Positions 36,896-50,534 of a stretch of DNA of 64,000 bases are shown here, one piece after another. Each line of letters opens with the position of its first letter. Within the stretch, counting starts at the first letter, position 1. Origin of the DNA: Podarcis cretensis (Eukaryota); assembly GCA_951804945.1 (NCBI GenBank), contig OX638161.1, forward strand, positions 36,456,001-36,520,000. The letters run 5' to 3'. Position numbers and translations under genes: made by a program. The notes below the pieces were generated by a model that was not told the DNA's origin, did not search any database, and saw only the letters and a list, made by a program, of their open reading frames with translations.

Positions 36896-39800
36896 TGTGT
36901 GCAGATCAGGGCTACCTCTATAAAGATCTACATATTTATGAAAAGTATATATAACATGATCTATAGAATATATGCCTATGTAAATCTGCACACAATGTAT
37001 ACTGAATGTCTTGTGTGCCTATTTGTGCGTATTTATGTTTGAATGTGCACACATGCTGAGTTTTGGTTGCAGATTAGTCTGCAACTAAACCAGCTTAAAT
37101 CTAATTGAAATCAGTAGATACGGCATAAGCTCATTAAGCAATGAGCTTGTTTAGGTGGACTTGCATGGTAGTATGTGTACAACCGCAGAGATGCATGTGC
37201 ATCCCTGATTGTGTGTTCAGGAAGGGATAGGAGTGCAGTGAAAGGAATGCATGAGGGTGTGTTACTTTGTGTGCAAACGCACATTAGGGTCTGTGTATCT
37301 ACAGGCCTGCAACAGAGCACAGCACTGAGTGTGCTCAGTTGGACTGCCTGCGGTTGGGAGAAAATGGATGGAAGTTGTGTGTGTGTACGTATGTGCAAGG
37401 CATGTATATGTGTGCAGGGTGAACACGCAAAGGAATGCCAGGTACAAAAGGGCAGGTAGCTTCTTGTATACACATGAGGAACAGCTCTTTGCTGTGTGCA
37501 TTGACACAAGGTCTATGGGAGAGCATGTGTAGGTCAGTGTAGGTGCACAGATGTTGCCCAGTTGTGGAGGAATGGCTGAGCAAATGGAGGGGCAGACATG
37601 CATGCCCTTATGTAAGGAATCTGTCTCTGAGGACAGCAGTTGGGTTGTGCTTCCAGTGACAAAGCATTTTGTGGTAATGTGGCAACTGTGTGTGTGTGTG
37701 TACCCAATGGGAAATGTGAATGAATTACAGAATTTTCTGTGGTAAGTCTATGTGCAGGAAAGCACATGACTGCTTGCATCATTGCTTCCCTTCACGGGTT
37801 TTAGCAAGGCACCGGAATGGGGGAACGGTGTAACAGAAGGTGTCTGGGTGCTGAGCATCCGGCACAATCCAGAAGCCTCAGCAGAAACCTCCTAGCGCTC
37901 TTTATTCATTAATCAGAATGCAGATGTTAAGACTGTTTAAAAGCTCACTGGTGGGAATATTGCATGAAATAAGTAAAAAACCCAAAAAAAACGAACAAAC
38001 GGGAGGAAGAAGGGGAAAGGGTTTCCCCTCCCCTTCTCGCATCAAAGTTTTGCTGTGAAAATTGGAAAGAGAATGGCAATCAAGCCCCCTACTCAGTCCC
38101 AAAGTTTCGGAGACACTTACAGACAGGGTTATTTTTTTTCTTTTCTTTTTCTCATCTATAATTTCTCATCTGTAAAAAAACAATGATGATGATCTGCCCT
38201 AATAGGGCTGTGAGAGGCTCAAGGGTAACACCAGGGAAGCGGAACCTGGTGCCCTCCACATTTCGTTAATTCCAATCTTCCATCAGTCCCAGCCAGAATA
38301 GACGGGGATCAGGAATGGTGGGAGTTGGAGTCCGAAAAGCATGTGGGAAGGCCACACATTTCCCATCCCTGCCTTATCTTCACCAAAGGCAACTCAAATC
38401 TTACCCTGAGGAAAAACAGTTTTTGCAGCCTACGTACTTCATGCTAATCAGGGAATAACTGCAGTCATAAGGTCCACAGAGTTGCTTTCTTAAAATTCAG
38501 GATGAGAATCTTAGGGTATTGAATGAACACTATGCCGGTTTTCAAATCCTGTGCTTCTAAGGTACAACTGCAGTCATATGGAATATTTATTTGATTGCAA
38601 TAATATGTTATTTTTTTCCTCCAAGGAGCACAGGGAAGCATGCATGCACCTCACCACCACAAACTATGTATTCTCTCAGGGAACCTATGAAATAGATTAG
38701 GCTGAGAGGTAGCAATGGACCCAAAGTCACCCAGTGGGTTTCTTGGCTGAGGAGGGATTTGAATCCAGGTCCCCCTTTATTTCAAGTCCAAACTTTGGCC
38801 TTATGCCACATTGAGAATGTATATGTGCCACACTCTGATGCATCCTTGCATACAGACCCAATTAAGAGTTACGGTAATAGCAGTAGCAATTTTATATATA
38901 AAATCTCATTGGCCGAGAGAGCCAGTGTGGAACAGTGTATTGTGTGATTAGGGAGACCTGGGTTCAAATTCCTGCTCAACCATGAATTTCAGTAGGCCAT
39001 CTTGCTACCTAATCTACCATACAGGGTTGTTGTGGATAAAGCATGAAGGAAGAGAAAGAGATGTGTCGCCCAAAGCCCTTTGGAAGAAGGACAGGATAAA
39101 AATGTAATAAGCAGCTGCTCCTGAAGAACAGTAATAGATGTGGCGGTTGCTGGTATTTTGTACGGCTTTAAGACAGCGTCAGCTCTCAAGATGTTTCTGG
39201 ACTTCAGCTCCTGTCATCCCTGATTATTGGCCAATGGTGGCTGGAGCTGATGGTGGCCGGAAGTCACAGCAAAATCTGGAGTGCCAGGTTTCCCCACTCC
39301 TGATTTAAAAGGTGGTTAGACAAATTCATGGAGGATAAGGCTAGCAATGCCTACTAGTAATGATAGGCCAGTGGAACTTCCATTGAGTATGCCACTGAAC
39401 ATCAGGTGCTGGGGAGCCCATGGTGTTGTGTTCATAAAGGACAGCCCATACTTCAGTGGTGGAGGTATGGCAAAAGTCCCAGGTTCAATCAAATTGACAA
39501 ATGTCTCAGCTGGCAGGTGCTGGGAAAGAGTTTCTGCCTGAGACCTTGGAGGGCCATGGACAGTAAGGGCAGTCAGTAATGGACTAAAGATCAATAGCCC
39601 TGACGGACCTGGTGTAAGTTACCTTTATAGGCTGCAGAAATGTAAGTCGATAATTGTTTATCATTTATGATTTGTCACTTTCCCTACTCTAACTGTCTTA
39701 AGCCTATTCTACTCATACAGTACAATGAGGTGCCAGAAAGGACTGCAAGGGGTGTAGGGGATGGAATACTATTTTTAAATGCTCCAGTTTTGCCGCCCCC

Positions 39801-40237
39801 CTTTAAAAAAAAAAAAAAACGTCTTGCAAGCAGGCAACTAGATCATCAGAAGCTGGACTACTTTTCTACTTGCAAGGATTTAAAAAAACAAACTCAAGGG
39901 GAACATTCAAAAATGTGACCGTAATCTCTCACACTAGTGAAATCCAGTCCAGCCTACAACCCCCAAGTCTTAGCTTTGCCTGCATGCCTTTCCACTTTAG
40001 GCATAGAGAATGAGAAAAGGAAAGGGGATATCTGCCTTCTGCCAGGAGCATACTCTGTTTTCGTTTGCCATGTGGGTGGGTAGGGATGGATGCTTAAGCA
40101 CAAATGTGTTCCTTCAGTAGGGGATGCTGTTCCTTCTCTGTCTAGTCTTTTCTAAGAATGCATGAGCACTAATGGCTTTCTTCCCCATCCTCCCCTGTTA
40201 CACACCCTCTTTCCCCACGCCCTGCCTCTCTCTCCAG

Positions 40238-41171
40238 TATGTGGCCTTTGCCTCGCTCTTCTTCATCCTCATCTCCATCACCACCTTCTGCCTGGAGACC
40301 CACGAGGCTTTCAACCACATCACAAACAAGACAGAGGTCATACAGTCAGAGAACGGCACCACCGTAAAGGTGGACTTTGAGATGGAGACGGAGCCATTCC
40401 TCACCTACGTGGAAGGGATGTGTGTCATCTGGTTTACCTTTGAGTTCCTCATGCGTGTCATCTTTTGCCCAGACAAGTTGGAGTTCATCAAGAGCACCCT
40501 CAACATCATCGACTTTGTGGCCATCCTGCCCTTCTACCTGGAAGTGGGCCTCAGTGGCCTCTCGTCCAAAGCGGCCAAGGATGTGCTGGGCTTCCTGAGG
40601 GTGGTAAGATTTGTCCGGATCCTAAGGATCTTCAAGCTGACAAGGCATTTCGTAGGGCTGAGAGTCCTAGGCCACACATTGAGAGCCAGTACCAATGAGT
40701 TCTTGCTCCTCATCATCTTCCTGGCCCTGGGGGTCTTGATCTTTGCCACCATGATCTACTACGCCGAAAGGATCGGGGCTGACCCAGACGACATCACAGG
40801 CAGCAAGCACACCACCTTCAAGAACATCCCTATTGGGTTCTGGTGGGCGGTGGTCACCATGACGACTTTGGGCTACGGTGACATGTACCCCGAGACCTGG
40901 TCAGGCATGTTGGTGGGAGCACTGTGCGCCTTGGCTGGCGTGCTGACCATTGCCATGCCCGTGCCCGTCATCGTCAACAACTTTGGCATGTATTATTCGC
41001 TGGCCATGGCCAAGCAGAAACTACCAAAGAAAAAGAACAAGCACATCCCACGAGCCCCTCAGCCTGGGTCGCCCAACTACTGCAAACCGGACATGCAGTC
41101 CCCACATCGCAGCAACCAGGGTGACTCATGCCCCCTTGCTCAAGAGGAGATCATCGAGATCAACAGGGCAG
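40238..41171 (+). CDS. KCNC3: Kv3.3 coding exon 2: S1-S6, pore and proximal C-terminus
   Basis: tctccag|TAT; S4 [20 protein letters not shown], selectivity filter [14 protein letters not shown] gate; GCA G|gtaag phase-1 donor. Confidence 0.97.
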
Positions 41172-41736
41172 GTAAGGTGGGGGTGGGAAACACCCTGAGG
41201 GCAGAAATGGCTAAAAATGCAAACTGTTTGCATAAACAGTCTCCTAATCTGGCAGCTTTCCTAAACTTTCTTCCATCTGGGTTCCTCTTTCCACACTGAG
41301 TTACATGCTGAGGAACTGCTGTTAGGAGGTTGCCCCAGAGCCTATGCACACTGAAGAGGATTCTTGGGCATCTTAGAGAGTGCGGTCTCATTGTTCCCCT
41401 CCATGTGAAACTGAGAGTTACCCTTAGAATGCATCCTGTACACCTCTTTGCACTGCAGAGGAAGGTTGGTAGTCTTGGGCAAGCTGTCCTTCAGGAAAGC
41501 TTGTCCATAGCTCATTTGCTTAATTATTATTTTTTTTTAAAAAAATAAACTGTTCTGCTGTAAGCCACTTGTGTAAAAAAGGACAAACAAATTTAAGTAA
41601 TAAAAAAAATAATAATAAAATGAATAAAATACTTCCAGGCCTCCTTTCCAGGTCTTGCTGAACCTCAATTTCCTTGCCCTATGCATCCCACAGCTGTCTC
41701 CATATGGTAGGTTAGGATTCCAGCACCCTCCCTGAG

Positions 41737-41860
41737 ATCAGAAGATCAGAGTTGGAAGGGACTGTGAGAGTCATCTCCAACCCCCTGCAATGCAGGAATC
41801 TTTTGCCCAATGTGGGGCTTGAACCTCAATCCTGAGTCTTATCCTCTACTGACTGAGTCA
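41737..41860 (-). mobile_element. Same tRNA-Lys-derived SINE with CR1-like tail, antisense copy
   Basis: Reverse complement of the head at 10-100 plus a GGTCCCTTCCAACTCT-type tail; tail-only copies near 11880-11932, 12400-12460, 22147-22222, 60815-60885 and 62012-62055. Confidence 0.75.
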
Positions 41861-41924
41861 TGTTAGTTGAGTTTTGTCAGTGCTCAGTATACTCTCTTTG
41901 AGGTTAAACCCTGATGAACCCTAG

Positions 41925-42294
41925 ACATGTAAGAAGAGCCCTGCTGGATCAAACCAAAATCCATCTAGTACAGAATCCTGTTTCCCAGAGTGGTCAGCCA
42001 GATGGCTTCAGGAGGCTATAACCAGGACATGCAGGCAAGAGACTTCCCCCAGTTTAACCTCTTCCACAACACAGTGTGTGGTATCCAATGGGATACTGCA
42101 TCGAACACAGCACTTTTAAATTCTTCTGTCATTGCCAATAGGCCATTGATAGAAACATCATCCTCCATGAATTTGTCCTATCGTCTTGTGCACATCTTGT
42201 GGCAGCATATTTCATAAAGTGATCTTACATTTTGTAAATAAACAGTTTGCTTTCTCTGTCCCTGAATCAACTGCTAATCGATTTCAGGTCTCGG

Positions 42295-42339
<45 letters not shown>

Positions 42340-42400
42340 GCTCAAGTTCTAGTAATATGGGAGAAGGAGAAAAGAGATCTCTGTAGATAATTTCACCACA
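41925..42400 (-). mobile_element. CR1-like LINE 3' end; a sense-strand piece lies at about 39305-39420
   Basis: taagaagagccctgctggatca.accaa..ccatctagt.cag.atcctg and cctccatgaatttgtc (reverse of gacaaattcatggagg at 39319). Confidence 0.6.
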
Positions 42401-45400
42401 TTATTCTGTGGAACATAGTTTGAAAACTGCTATTCTAATTCAACCTGAACCTTGGAATAATTCTTCAACCAACTCATCCCTGCTGCTTCTGACAGCAGCT
42501 AATACAATCAGTAGCATGGGAAACAGCAATTTTAAATTCAAATAATAGTCTCCTAGAAACGTGGAGGATATTATTGTGTCACATTCTTTTCCTTGTCTGA
42601 TGCTTTGCTGCATCGGGTGCTTGTCCCTCCATGCCTTACAGTCTCTATAGCGCAGTTTCTGCCCTTGTGAGAGATGTAATATAAGAGAAAGGCTAGAGGA
42701 AAGTGAAGCACGTTCCCTCTAAACAAGCTGGTTGACTGTTATCTGGTATAGTTTCAGTGGAGTCAGTTTATACATTGCTCTGCCAGCCATTCCAGTGTAC
42801 AACAATCAAGAGCAGACAGCTTGTGCCATATACACATGTGTGTGAACTAGCACTGTGATTCCAGTTTATGATGTGCACCGCTCAAGTGCCACACATATGC
42901 AGAAACCTAAACTCAGTGAGGAATTCAGCATCCAGGGAATCTCTGCTTTATTTCTCTAAGCAGGTTTCCAGCCCTTAACAATTACAGAGAGATGCGAAAA
43001 AAATGCTTTGAAATTTCAGAAGTCTTTCTAGCATCCCAAAGAGGGGTCCTGTGCTCCCTTTCTTGCTCTTTGCCTTTCCCAATAAGCAGAAGAGGAAGCA
43101 GAGTAAATTTCATTAAACAAAATAGATAAGGAAAGATCTATAGCTCATACTTGGTTGATGATATGAAAAAATAGTACAGACTAAACACAGCTCTACTGTT
43201 ACTTATTCTTAAATAATATTAAACCCACCTTATCTAATGAACCCAGTAGTGCTGCTTATGACTGATACAGATCTTGCAGTTAAAATAATAAGCTGCAGTA
43301 TTCCCCCGCCCCCCTTTATGATGAACCTTTAGGGTAGGAATTTCTTTTTCCCATTTTACACATAGCTGAGCCTAAGCCATAGCAGCCTGCCCAAGGCCAC
43401 ACAAATCTCTGAGCAGGACAGAATCACAGGGCTCCTAGAATCAAAACCAGTTATTGATTCACTGATTGGCCAAAGTTCACTGGTGTGACTGTGGATGAGC
43501 AGACTCCCTTGGCCATTAGATATGGGGGGAAAGCCAGAAATGTGAGTCAATACATTTTGTAGCTAAAATATTTTGATATTTTGCAATCTGAACAAGCAGT
43601 CTTTCTAGTGGGTTGTATCCCATGGGTCAGATCTGTCAGTCTTCCAAGCTGCCACTCTTAATGGCACCAAAATCGGCTGTCCTGAGACCGCCACCTCTCT
43701 TTACCTCATAGTACGCCTGTGTCAGAAATGAGCCAAGATTACGCCACATCACCTGACATAAAAAGCAGGAGGAGAGTTAGTAGGGCCAAGTTTTGACTGG
43801 AGATGAGGAAGCTCCCACTGGATTGATATAATGGATCTTGGACAGGAGATTGGTTATATTAAGAGGCAGAATTTTACTAAGGCAAAGGCTGTAATGTTGG
43901 CAAATGAAACTCTTTCTCCTGTCTTCCACTCTTTGCTTTGTATACAGCCCTGCACTTTACCTTTTGATAGAAGGGAGGTAGTAAGCTAACAATATCACAG
44001 AGGCAAGGAATGCTCCACGGGTATTTTTAGGAGACCTGGGCTCAAATCTTTGCTCAGCATCGAAGTCACCAAGGGGATGGGGCCAAGTCATTAAGTTTCT
44101 GTCTCAGTTCTTCTAACTGTCAAATGAGAATGCCAATTAAAATGAGGATTTTAAGTGCTATGTTGCAATTATCTTGATAGTGCGGTGGTTTTCAAACTCT
44201 CTTCACAGAAACATGGGCATTTCTCAGAAGCTTATTGGTAAGAAGCTTTGGAAACTTGTCCACCGTTAGCAGTCCTCCTCTGCAGTGTGTGGCTGAAGGA
44301 GAGTTTGTGTGTGTTTTGACTGGTTCTCCAGACATTGATGAGGTCAGGCATTTTGCAGAGACCTCAGGGCTCATTTCATTTATTTATTTCATTTACTGTA
44401 TATCCCACCTTTTTCCATTATGAAACCCAAGGCAGCATCCATGGAATGCCAGATGGATTTCCCAGCAGACCTAGATCTATTGAGACCCAGAGCTGGTTTA
44501 AACAATCATTTCCTCTCCCCATTTGCTCTGTGAGGGCAATAGGGGCCTCTTAACAACTCTTAGTACCCTTAACAAATTACAGCCCCCAGGATTCTTTGGA
44601 GGAAACCATGACTGTTTAAAATGGTTACGATACTTCTTTAAATGTATACTGCAGATGAGGCCTCAGCTGACCCCCTCACTTAACAGCATTTTGCTATATA
44701 ACAAAAACCTTTTAGGTTTTTTATATTGGTATTTTTATTTTTTGCTTTCCAATGCTTTTGTTTTATCAGCTACATATCTCTGGTTGTATGTATTTGACTG
44801 TATCCAATGCTCAGAGTACACTCACTGCAATTAATGACCATTTCTTACTTAGGTCCATCCATTTCAATAGGTCTGCTTTGAGTAGAGCTAGCATTGGATA
44901 CAACCTATTGTATTTCCTAGAACATTAATATTTTATAGTGGATTTCAATTGTTGTTAGCTGTCCTAAGTAGTATGTAAGTGCTAGAAGGGCAAGATCTAA
45001 ATGTTCAAGGCAAATCACAACCCTTGTAGCGTTCTGAAAAGCTAAGGGTGCCATCCCAAAAGCAAAGGAGAGAAGCCCCCTCCTTCTTTAATCTAAGCAC
45101 TACAGGGCCCAAATACTAAGAAAGGTACCACTTCGCTTTTCTTGGAGCACCCAAGAAGACCAGAGACTACACAATAACATTCTCAAATCACCTCTTCCAG
45201 ATTAAGGGGGACCAACTAAGGGTGCCTTGTGCAAACTCCCCCCAGAATCCCGAAGCTGGAACTGCATCCTAAAGTGCATTCTCAGTTCATCTGGACCAAT
45301 GCCTAATCCCTGTGAGGGTAACCAGCATCCTTCACAAACCATGCATGCCCCCTAGAATGCATCCCAGAATCCTTTGCAATGCAGAGGGGTTTGGCAGCAG

Positions 45401-46489
45401 ACCAACGGATGCTGCTGCCAGGGTTCTCTGGGGTCAGCAAGTTTGAAAGCCAGTGGCCTTAATCTCTCTTTCTTCATCCCAGTTTCCTCCCTTGGGTTTT
45501 TAGCTGCTGATTCTTTGTTGTGGTGCAAAAGCTGCTTCTCCCTTTGCATGAAAAGACCTGATCTAGCTGTTTTTCAGGGTAAGGATGTCTAGGGTAGCCC
45601 ATCTCTGGCTGTGGATTAACTTTCTCCTTCCAAAATGACTCATATGCCTACATCGAAGGGCCTGTTTTGGCAACTTAAGCCACATTTGATCAAGAATTAT
45701 TATTTTTTCTTCTACGGAGGGATGGGGGTGGAGAGGAGGAGGAGGAGGCAAGCTTGGCAGCTATGCTAGGATTTAGATGATTTAGAAGTACTGGAACATT
45801 TCATTTTGATTTACATATAAAATTGATCCACTAGCCGTTTGTCGGAAAAGGCACTGAGAATCAGGACTGAAGGGCGTTTGCCAATACATATGTTGCCCTC
45901 CTATTTCCTCTCCTCTTTGAGCGGAGTAGAGCATCTGTGATGATACCCTGGCATTGCTTGCTCTTGCAGAGTTAAGGAGGTGACTCTTGCCTGCATTTCT
46001 GCATGTGGAAAGAGCATCCTAAATACCCAAGATACACTGGGGCTCAAGTAGCAGATGGGTCCTCCTATGAGCTGGCAAGGACAATCAAGTTGTTGGCAGG
46101 GAATCCCACAAGGGAGACAGTCATGCACATCCCCAGCAAAGGCTGAGAGCCAGGATGACTGGGTTCCCTAGGAATCAGTGGGTCCATCTATGAAGATTTC
46201 TGGGTTCTTTCAGAGAGCAGTTGGGGGGATGAAGAATGTAGGAGCAAGACCTCATGAGATCTTTTAGAATGATAGAGACAAGGAAAGTGCTTGTGGCAGG
46301 AAATGATAGGGAAGGCTAATACCTTTGAGCAGAGAAGGCTTGAAAAAGCAGGATGCCTAGTTGACCGGGGATAGTTCATAAGGGGTGCGGCTGAGGAATG
46401 GGAATGCAGACAGGCGAGAATTGGACTACAGTCTGAAAAGTATATCACAGTGAAAGCAGCTGACCACTACCCCTTTCTGTGCATGCATA

Positions 46490-46525
<36 letters not shown>

Positions 46526-47824
46526 TTCTCCTGCTCTTTGGTGGCCATTCACCCAGCAAATCTTCAAAGACAGGCAACAAGGCGGAGGTGGGGGAAGGTT
46601 GCATGCTGTAGGGTCCCCAGGGCTCGCGGCCAGTTCCTGCCATCCTCTCCCAAGCGCTCCAGTTGCCCTGGGCCAGAAAGGCCATTTGCAGCAAGTGCAG
46701 TGGAGGAGCAAGGATTCACTTAATTGGACAGGATCTTGGCTATGCATCGAACATGGCAGAGGGAGAAAAGGGGGAGGCCCAGGGGGATGTGGTTGCTAGA
46801 ACATCTCCTAATGCTATCAGGGAGACACATCAGCCTCTGTCTCACTGCATCCCACCCCCCATCACCCGGTGCACTGTTTTATATCTCTGCTCCTTGGTAG
46901 GAACTTCACATTTTCCACCTCAGTTCCTCACATCCAAGTGTAAGTGCCTTTCTGTTCCCATGGCAACAACTTCCCCGCAACTTCATCAACTAGGTTTATG
47001 CCCTCACTTCCGTGCACCACGCTGGTAAGGGTCTTCCCTCCTGCTGTTCCACCAGTCATATTTCCACAACACTGCCCTTCCCAGGGCTGGTCAAATACAT
47101 TTTTCTACCTGAGGCAAAAGGCAAGATGGTGTCCCACCCAAATTGCATATTCGGAAGCTGAGTGGGCCAGCAGCTGAAACTTGCTTCAACACTGATGAGG
47201 GCAGCCTAGTGGGTGCATGACAGGTAATGTGGCACACACATACCTATTTTAGAGTATAGGAGAACAACCAAAGGTTTCAGGAAGAACAGATGAGCTGGTT
47301 CCACAGCATCTGCTGGGGTGATTTTGATCTCTGGGCTAGGAAAAGCTTCTTAGGTATTTTCTGTATATAAACAATAGCCCTACCATGAGGCAGTGGTGGA
47401 CCTTAAGAAGACCTTAAGAAGGGTAGTGTGCCTTGATATAGGGTATGCTCTTCAGGTGCCAAATTGTCCAACCAGCCCCAGTTCTGTTTGTCAGGCTGCT
47501 TTCAAAGGCACAGGAGGAGAGCCAATAAAAAAAAATCTGGCAATCCTTCGGATAGGTTTTCTGTGAAGTAAGCAATCCATTTGATTTATTTTAAGGCAAA
47601 GAAGAGAAGTATACTTCAGTTTGGAAAAGGGAGTACATAAATCTTTTATATAAAAAAAAGATGGGAAGGTTCAGGAAGTGGCTGAGCCATGTGGAGAAGC
47701 TGCTAATTTTGTTCATTGTACTGGTCACTTTTTATTTTTATTATATTATTTCAGCATTTATACCCCACTGTCTATGACAGTCATACCCAAAGTGGCTTAC
47801 AAAAGAAAATGTAATGCTACTTAT

Positions 47825-48262
47825 TTCATTTGGGCCTAGTTAGACCACATTTAGAGTACTTAGTTTAGCTCTGGGCACAAGAGTTTAATAAAGAAGGATG
47901 TTGACAACAGATTCTGAGGAGAGCTAGAAAGACGCGAAAGGGTCGAGAAGACAAATCATGCCAGGAAAGGCTAAAGGAACGGAGTATGTTTAGCCTAGAG
48001 CTGTGGTTTTCAAACTGTTCCTAGAAATCTTTTGCGACATGCGGGGATTCCACGGAGATGTGCAACGTTTACTCAGCCAACAAATCAGTGCGGAAAAAGT
48101 CCCTGAGGGCAGCAATATGAAATTCACTAACCTAGGGGAAAAGTTCGGGGGGAGAAGAGTATATGCAACAATTGCCAAGTATTAAAAAATGTCAGAAAGA
48201 GCAGGAGCAGTTGTTCATCCCATTTGCTAGAAAAGAGGCTAAGAAGCAATGGGATTAAATTT
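47825..48262 (+). mobile_element. CR1 LINE ORF2 3' fragment split by a MITE
   Basis: ctagttagaccacatttagagtac encodes LVRPHLEY; gaaaggctaaaggaac.gagtatgtttagcctagag resembles ERLKELGMFSLE; resumes after 48140 with agaagcaatgggattaaa resembling RSNGFKL. Confidence 0.8.
48001..48129. mobile_element. hAT/Charlie-type MITE nested in the CR1 fragment
   Basis: Begins ctgtggttttcaaact; degenerate 8-bp TSD gcctagag / acctaggg. Confidence 0.5.
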
Positions 48263-50013
48263 AGGAGCTTATCAGATGACTGGGTTTGGGGTGGATGAAC
48301 TGTGTTCAATACACATGCAGGTGTTGATTATTAGTTGCACAGGATTCTTCCAGAAATCTTTAAAAAAACCCCAAAACATTATTTGTTTCAGCACATGATT
48401 TTGCCAGCACTCAAACACCATTATTGTGATATTGGGAACATGCGATTTTTCCATCTATAGTGTGTGAAATTTGATTGTGCAGTGTAATAGGAACCTGATG
48501 GATAAGTTTGCCTGTGACACCACTAGTGTGAAAGACACATCACCTTCAATAGTTTCCCATGACCTTTCTGAAATTTTGTTTTTAATGTCATTTTTTTGAA
48601 ATTAAAGGCTGCACCATGCCAGCAAGGGAGTGTTTCGGTCCTTTACTTTGTATGCAGTAAAGCTCCCTCCGGTCTGCAATATTGTTCCACAATTTCATGA
48701 AGCCTTTTTCTCTCAGAAAAACTGTTCTCTGCAGGGGCAACCCTGTCCCCCTTTCTAGAATAATTGCCTCACAAGATAAGATATAATTATCTATGTTAAC
48801 CTACAACAACGTCACCAATTCTACTGATCAAATGATAGGCGTCGTTATCAGAGGGGGAGAACTTCCCTTCTCAAAGTTGTTTGATCAAAACTGAGAGGCT
48901 TGATATGGAGCATTATCTTAAATGAGGACAACAAAGATGCTTTTATTAAGGGATAGCAGCTCTTGATATTCACATATCAAAAGGCCATCACAAAATGGAT
49001 ATTATTTCAGACTATTGTAGCTCTAGGAATGAAAACCTAAAAAAAACCCCTCCAAACCCAAATGTTCTTTATCTGTACATTTTTACTTGGTAGCCACAAC
49101 AAGTGTATGAGCTACTTACTATGTTTTCAGTTTGATTAATGAACTGTGCTAAAAATAAATAATGCCATTTTGTAGCTGCTTTCTTTCAGAACACTTCTGC
49201 ACTTCGCATTTATTTAATCTATGATTTTCTTCACAGAACCTGAGAAATGTTTTGTAAGAGGTTCCTAGTTCTTCCACATAATACAACTCTCAAGTTTCCC
49301 TTAAGGAGGGAATCACTACTCCTATCACAAGCGACACTCCACATATTACAAGAATCCTCATAATCACATGTTAACATAGACAACAGTTTCTTCTTTTTAC
49401 CCATTTGCTTGAGCAAATCTTAATGTGAGTACAAAAGGGTAGCGAAATAGGTAATCAATTTACATCAACTGATAATATAATAATAGCAAGTGGAGGAAAG
49501 TCCAAAGTTCATTTTCTCAGAAAGGTTTAGCTGACCCGAAGTTTTCAAAACAGTTTAAATCTAGCAAGATTTTTTGAAATTTTATTTCTACACTTTGGAC
49601 ATTGATCATCATTTATATATTTTAAGGCAATTATGCAAAGCATCAACTTGCTCAATTCAGTAATGTACATCTGATTTGCAGAGTACATATTTTAAAAACT
49701 TACAGCAGCATTCATTAAGATTAAATGGTGTAAAGTATTCCTGCTAGAAGAATATTGATTTGATTACAGACAGGCAAATTTGTGTTTGCCTAAGAATTTG
49801 CTCCACCCACCTACACTCCCAAAAAATATTTGTTGTATCTCAGGATGGGAAAGGTAGCTAGGTGGTTGTTTTGTTTTTTGTCTGTTTTTTGAGCTGGGAA
49901 TTCTGAGGAAGGTGCAATGGTACTATTGAAAAGCCAGGAGTCTGAGGTTTCTTCTTACTTCTGCATCACTTCTCTTTTTTCCAATCTCACCCCTTTCCCT
50001 TATCCGTTCACAG

Positions 50014-50208
50014 ATTCCAAGCAGAATGGTGATGCAGCAAATGCAGCGTTGGCTAATGAGGACTGCCCCACCATAGACCAGGCCCTGTCACCTGAGGAGA
50101 AGTCACCTGTCACACCTGGCGGTCGGGAACGCTACAACCGTGACCGAGCCTGCTTTCTCCTCTCCACAGGTGACTTTGGTCAGTCACCTGATGGGAACAT
50201 CCGAAAAG
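50014..50208 (+). CDS. KCNC3: Kv3.3 coding exon 3
   Basis: ttcacag| ... G|gtacat; [65 protein letters not shown] matches the Kv3.3-type C-terminus. Confidence 0.95.
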
Positions 50209-50519
50209 GTACATACATGTGCATAATTTTTGCCCTGCCTCTTTCTCAAGACAATCTAAACAAGTAGTCCAAGTACAACATCTCCCTTCCCCACATCACC
50301 ACCACCTCCATAACCCTTGTCATAGCAAAACCTCAAATTGTCACATTTCTGAGGTAAAAAAAGGCAACTGCTAATGTGTACTTTGTTTAAATATAACCCT
50401 GTCATGAGGGTTAAAAGGTCATGACAAATTAAAATGAGGCAGATGATGCCCTAGCAACTGGAAGGCCTCAACTTGCCCATCTTTGCTACCATAGCAACAG
50501 CATCCATTGTTCCAAGAAC

Positions 50520-50534
50520 AGCGCCCTCTAGTGC
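50520..50534 (-). promoter_or_regulatory. Candidate CTCF site
   Basis: Minus strand reads GCACTAGAGGGCGCT, close to the CCACYAGRKGGCRCT consensus. Confidence 0.45.

Noticed and set aside
40172-40237. ORF-track start MAFFPILP... as a real N-terminus
   Set aside because: It is the intron polypyrimidine tract; homology begins at YVAFASLFF after the AG at 40236-40237
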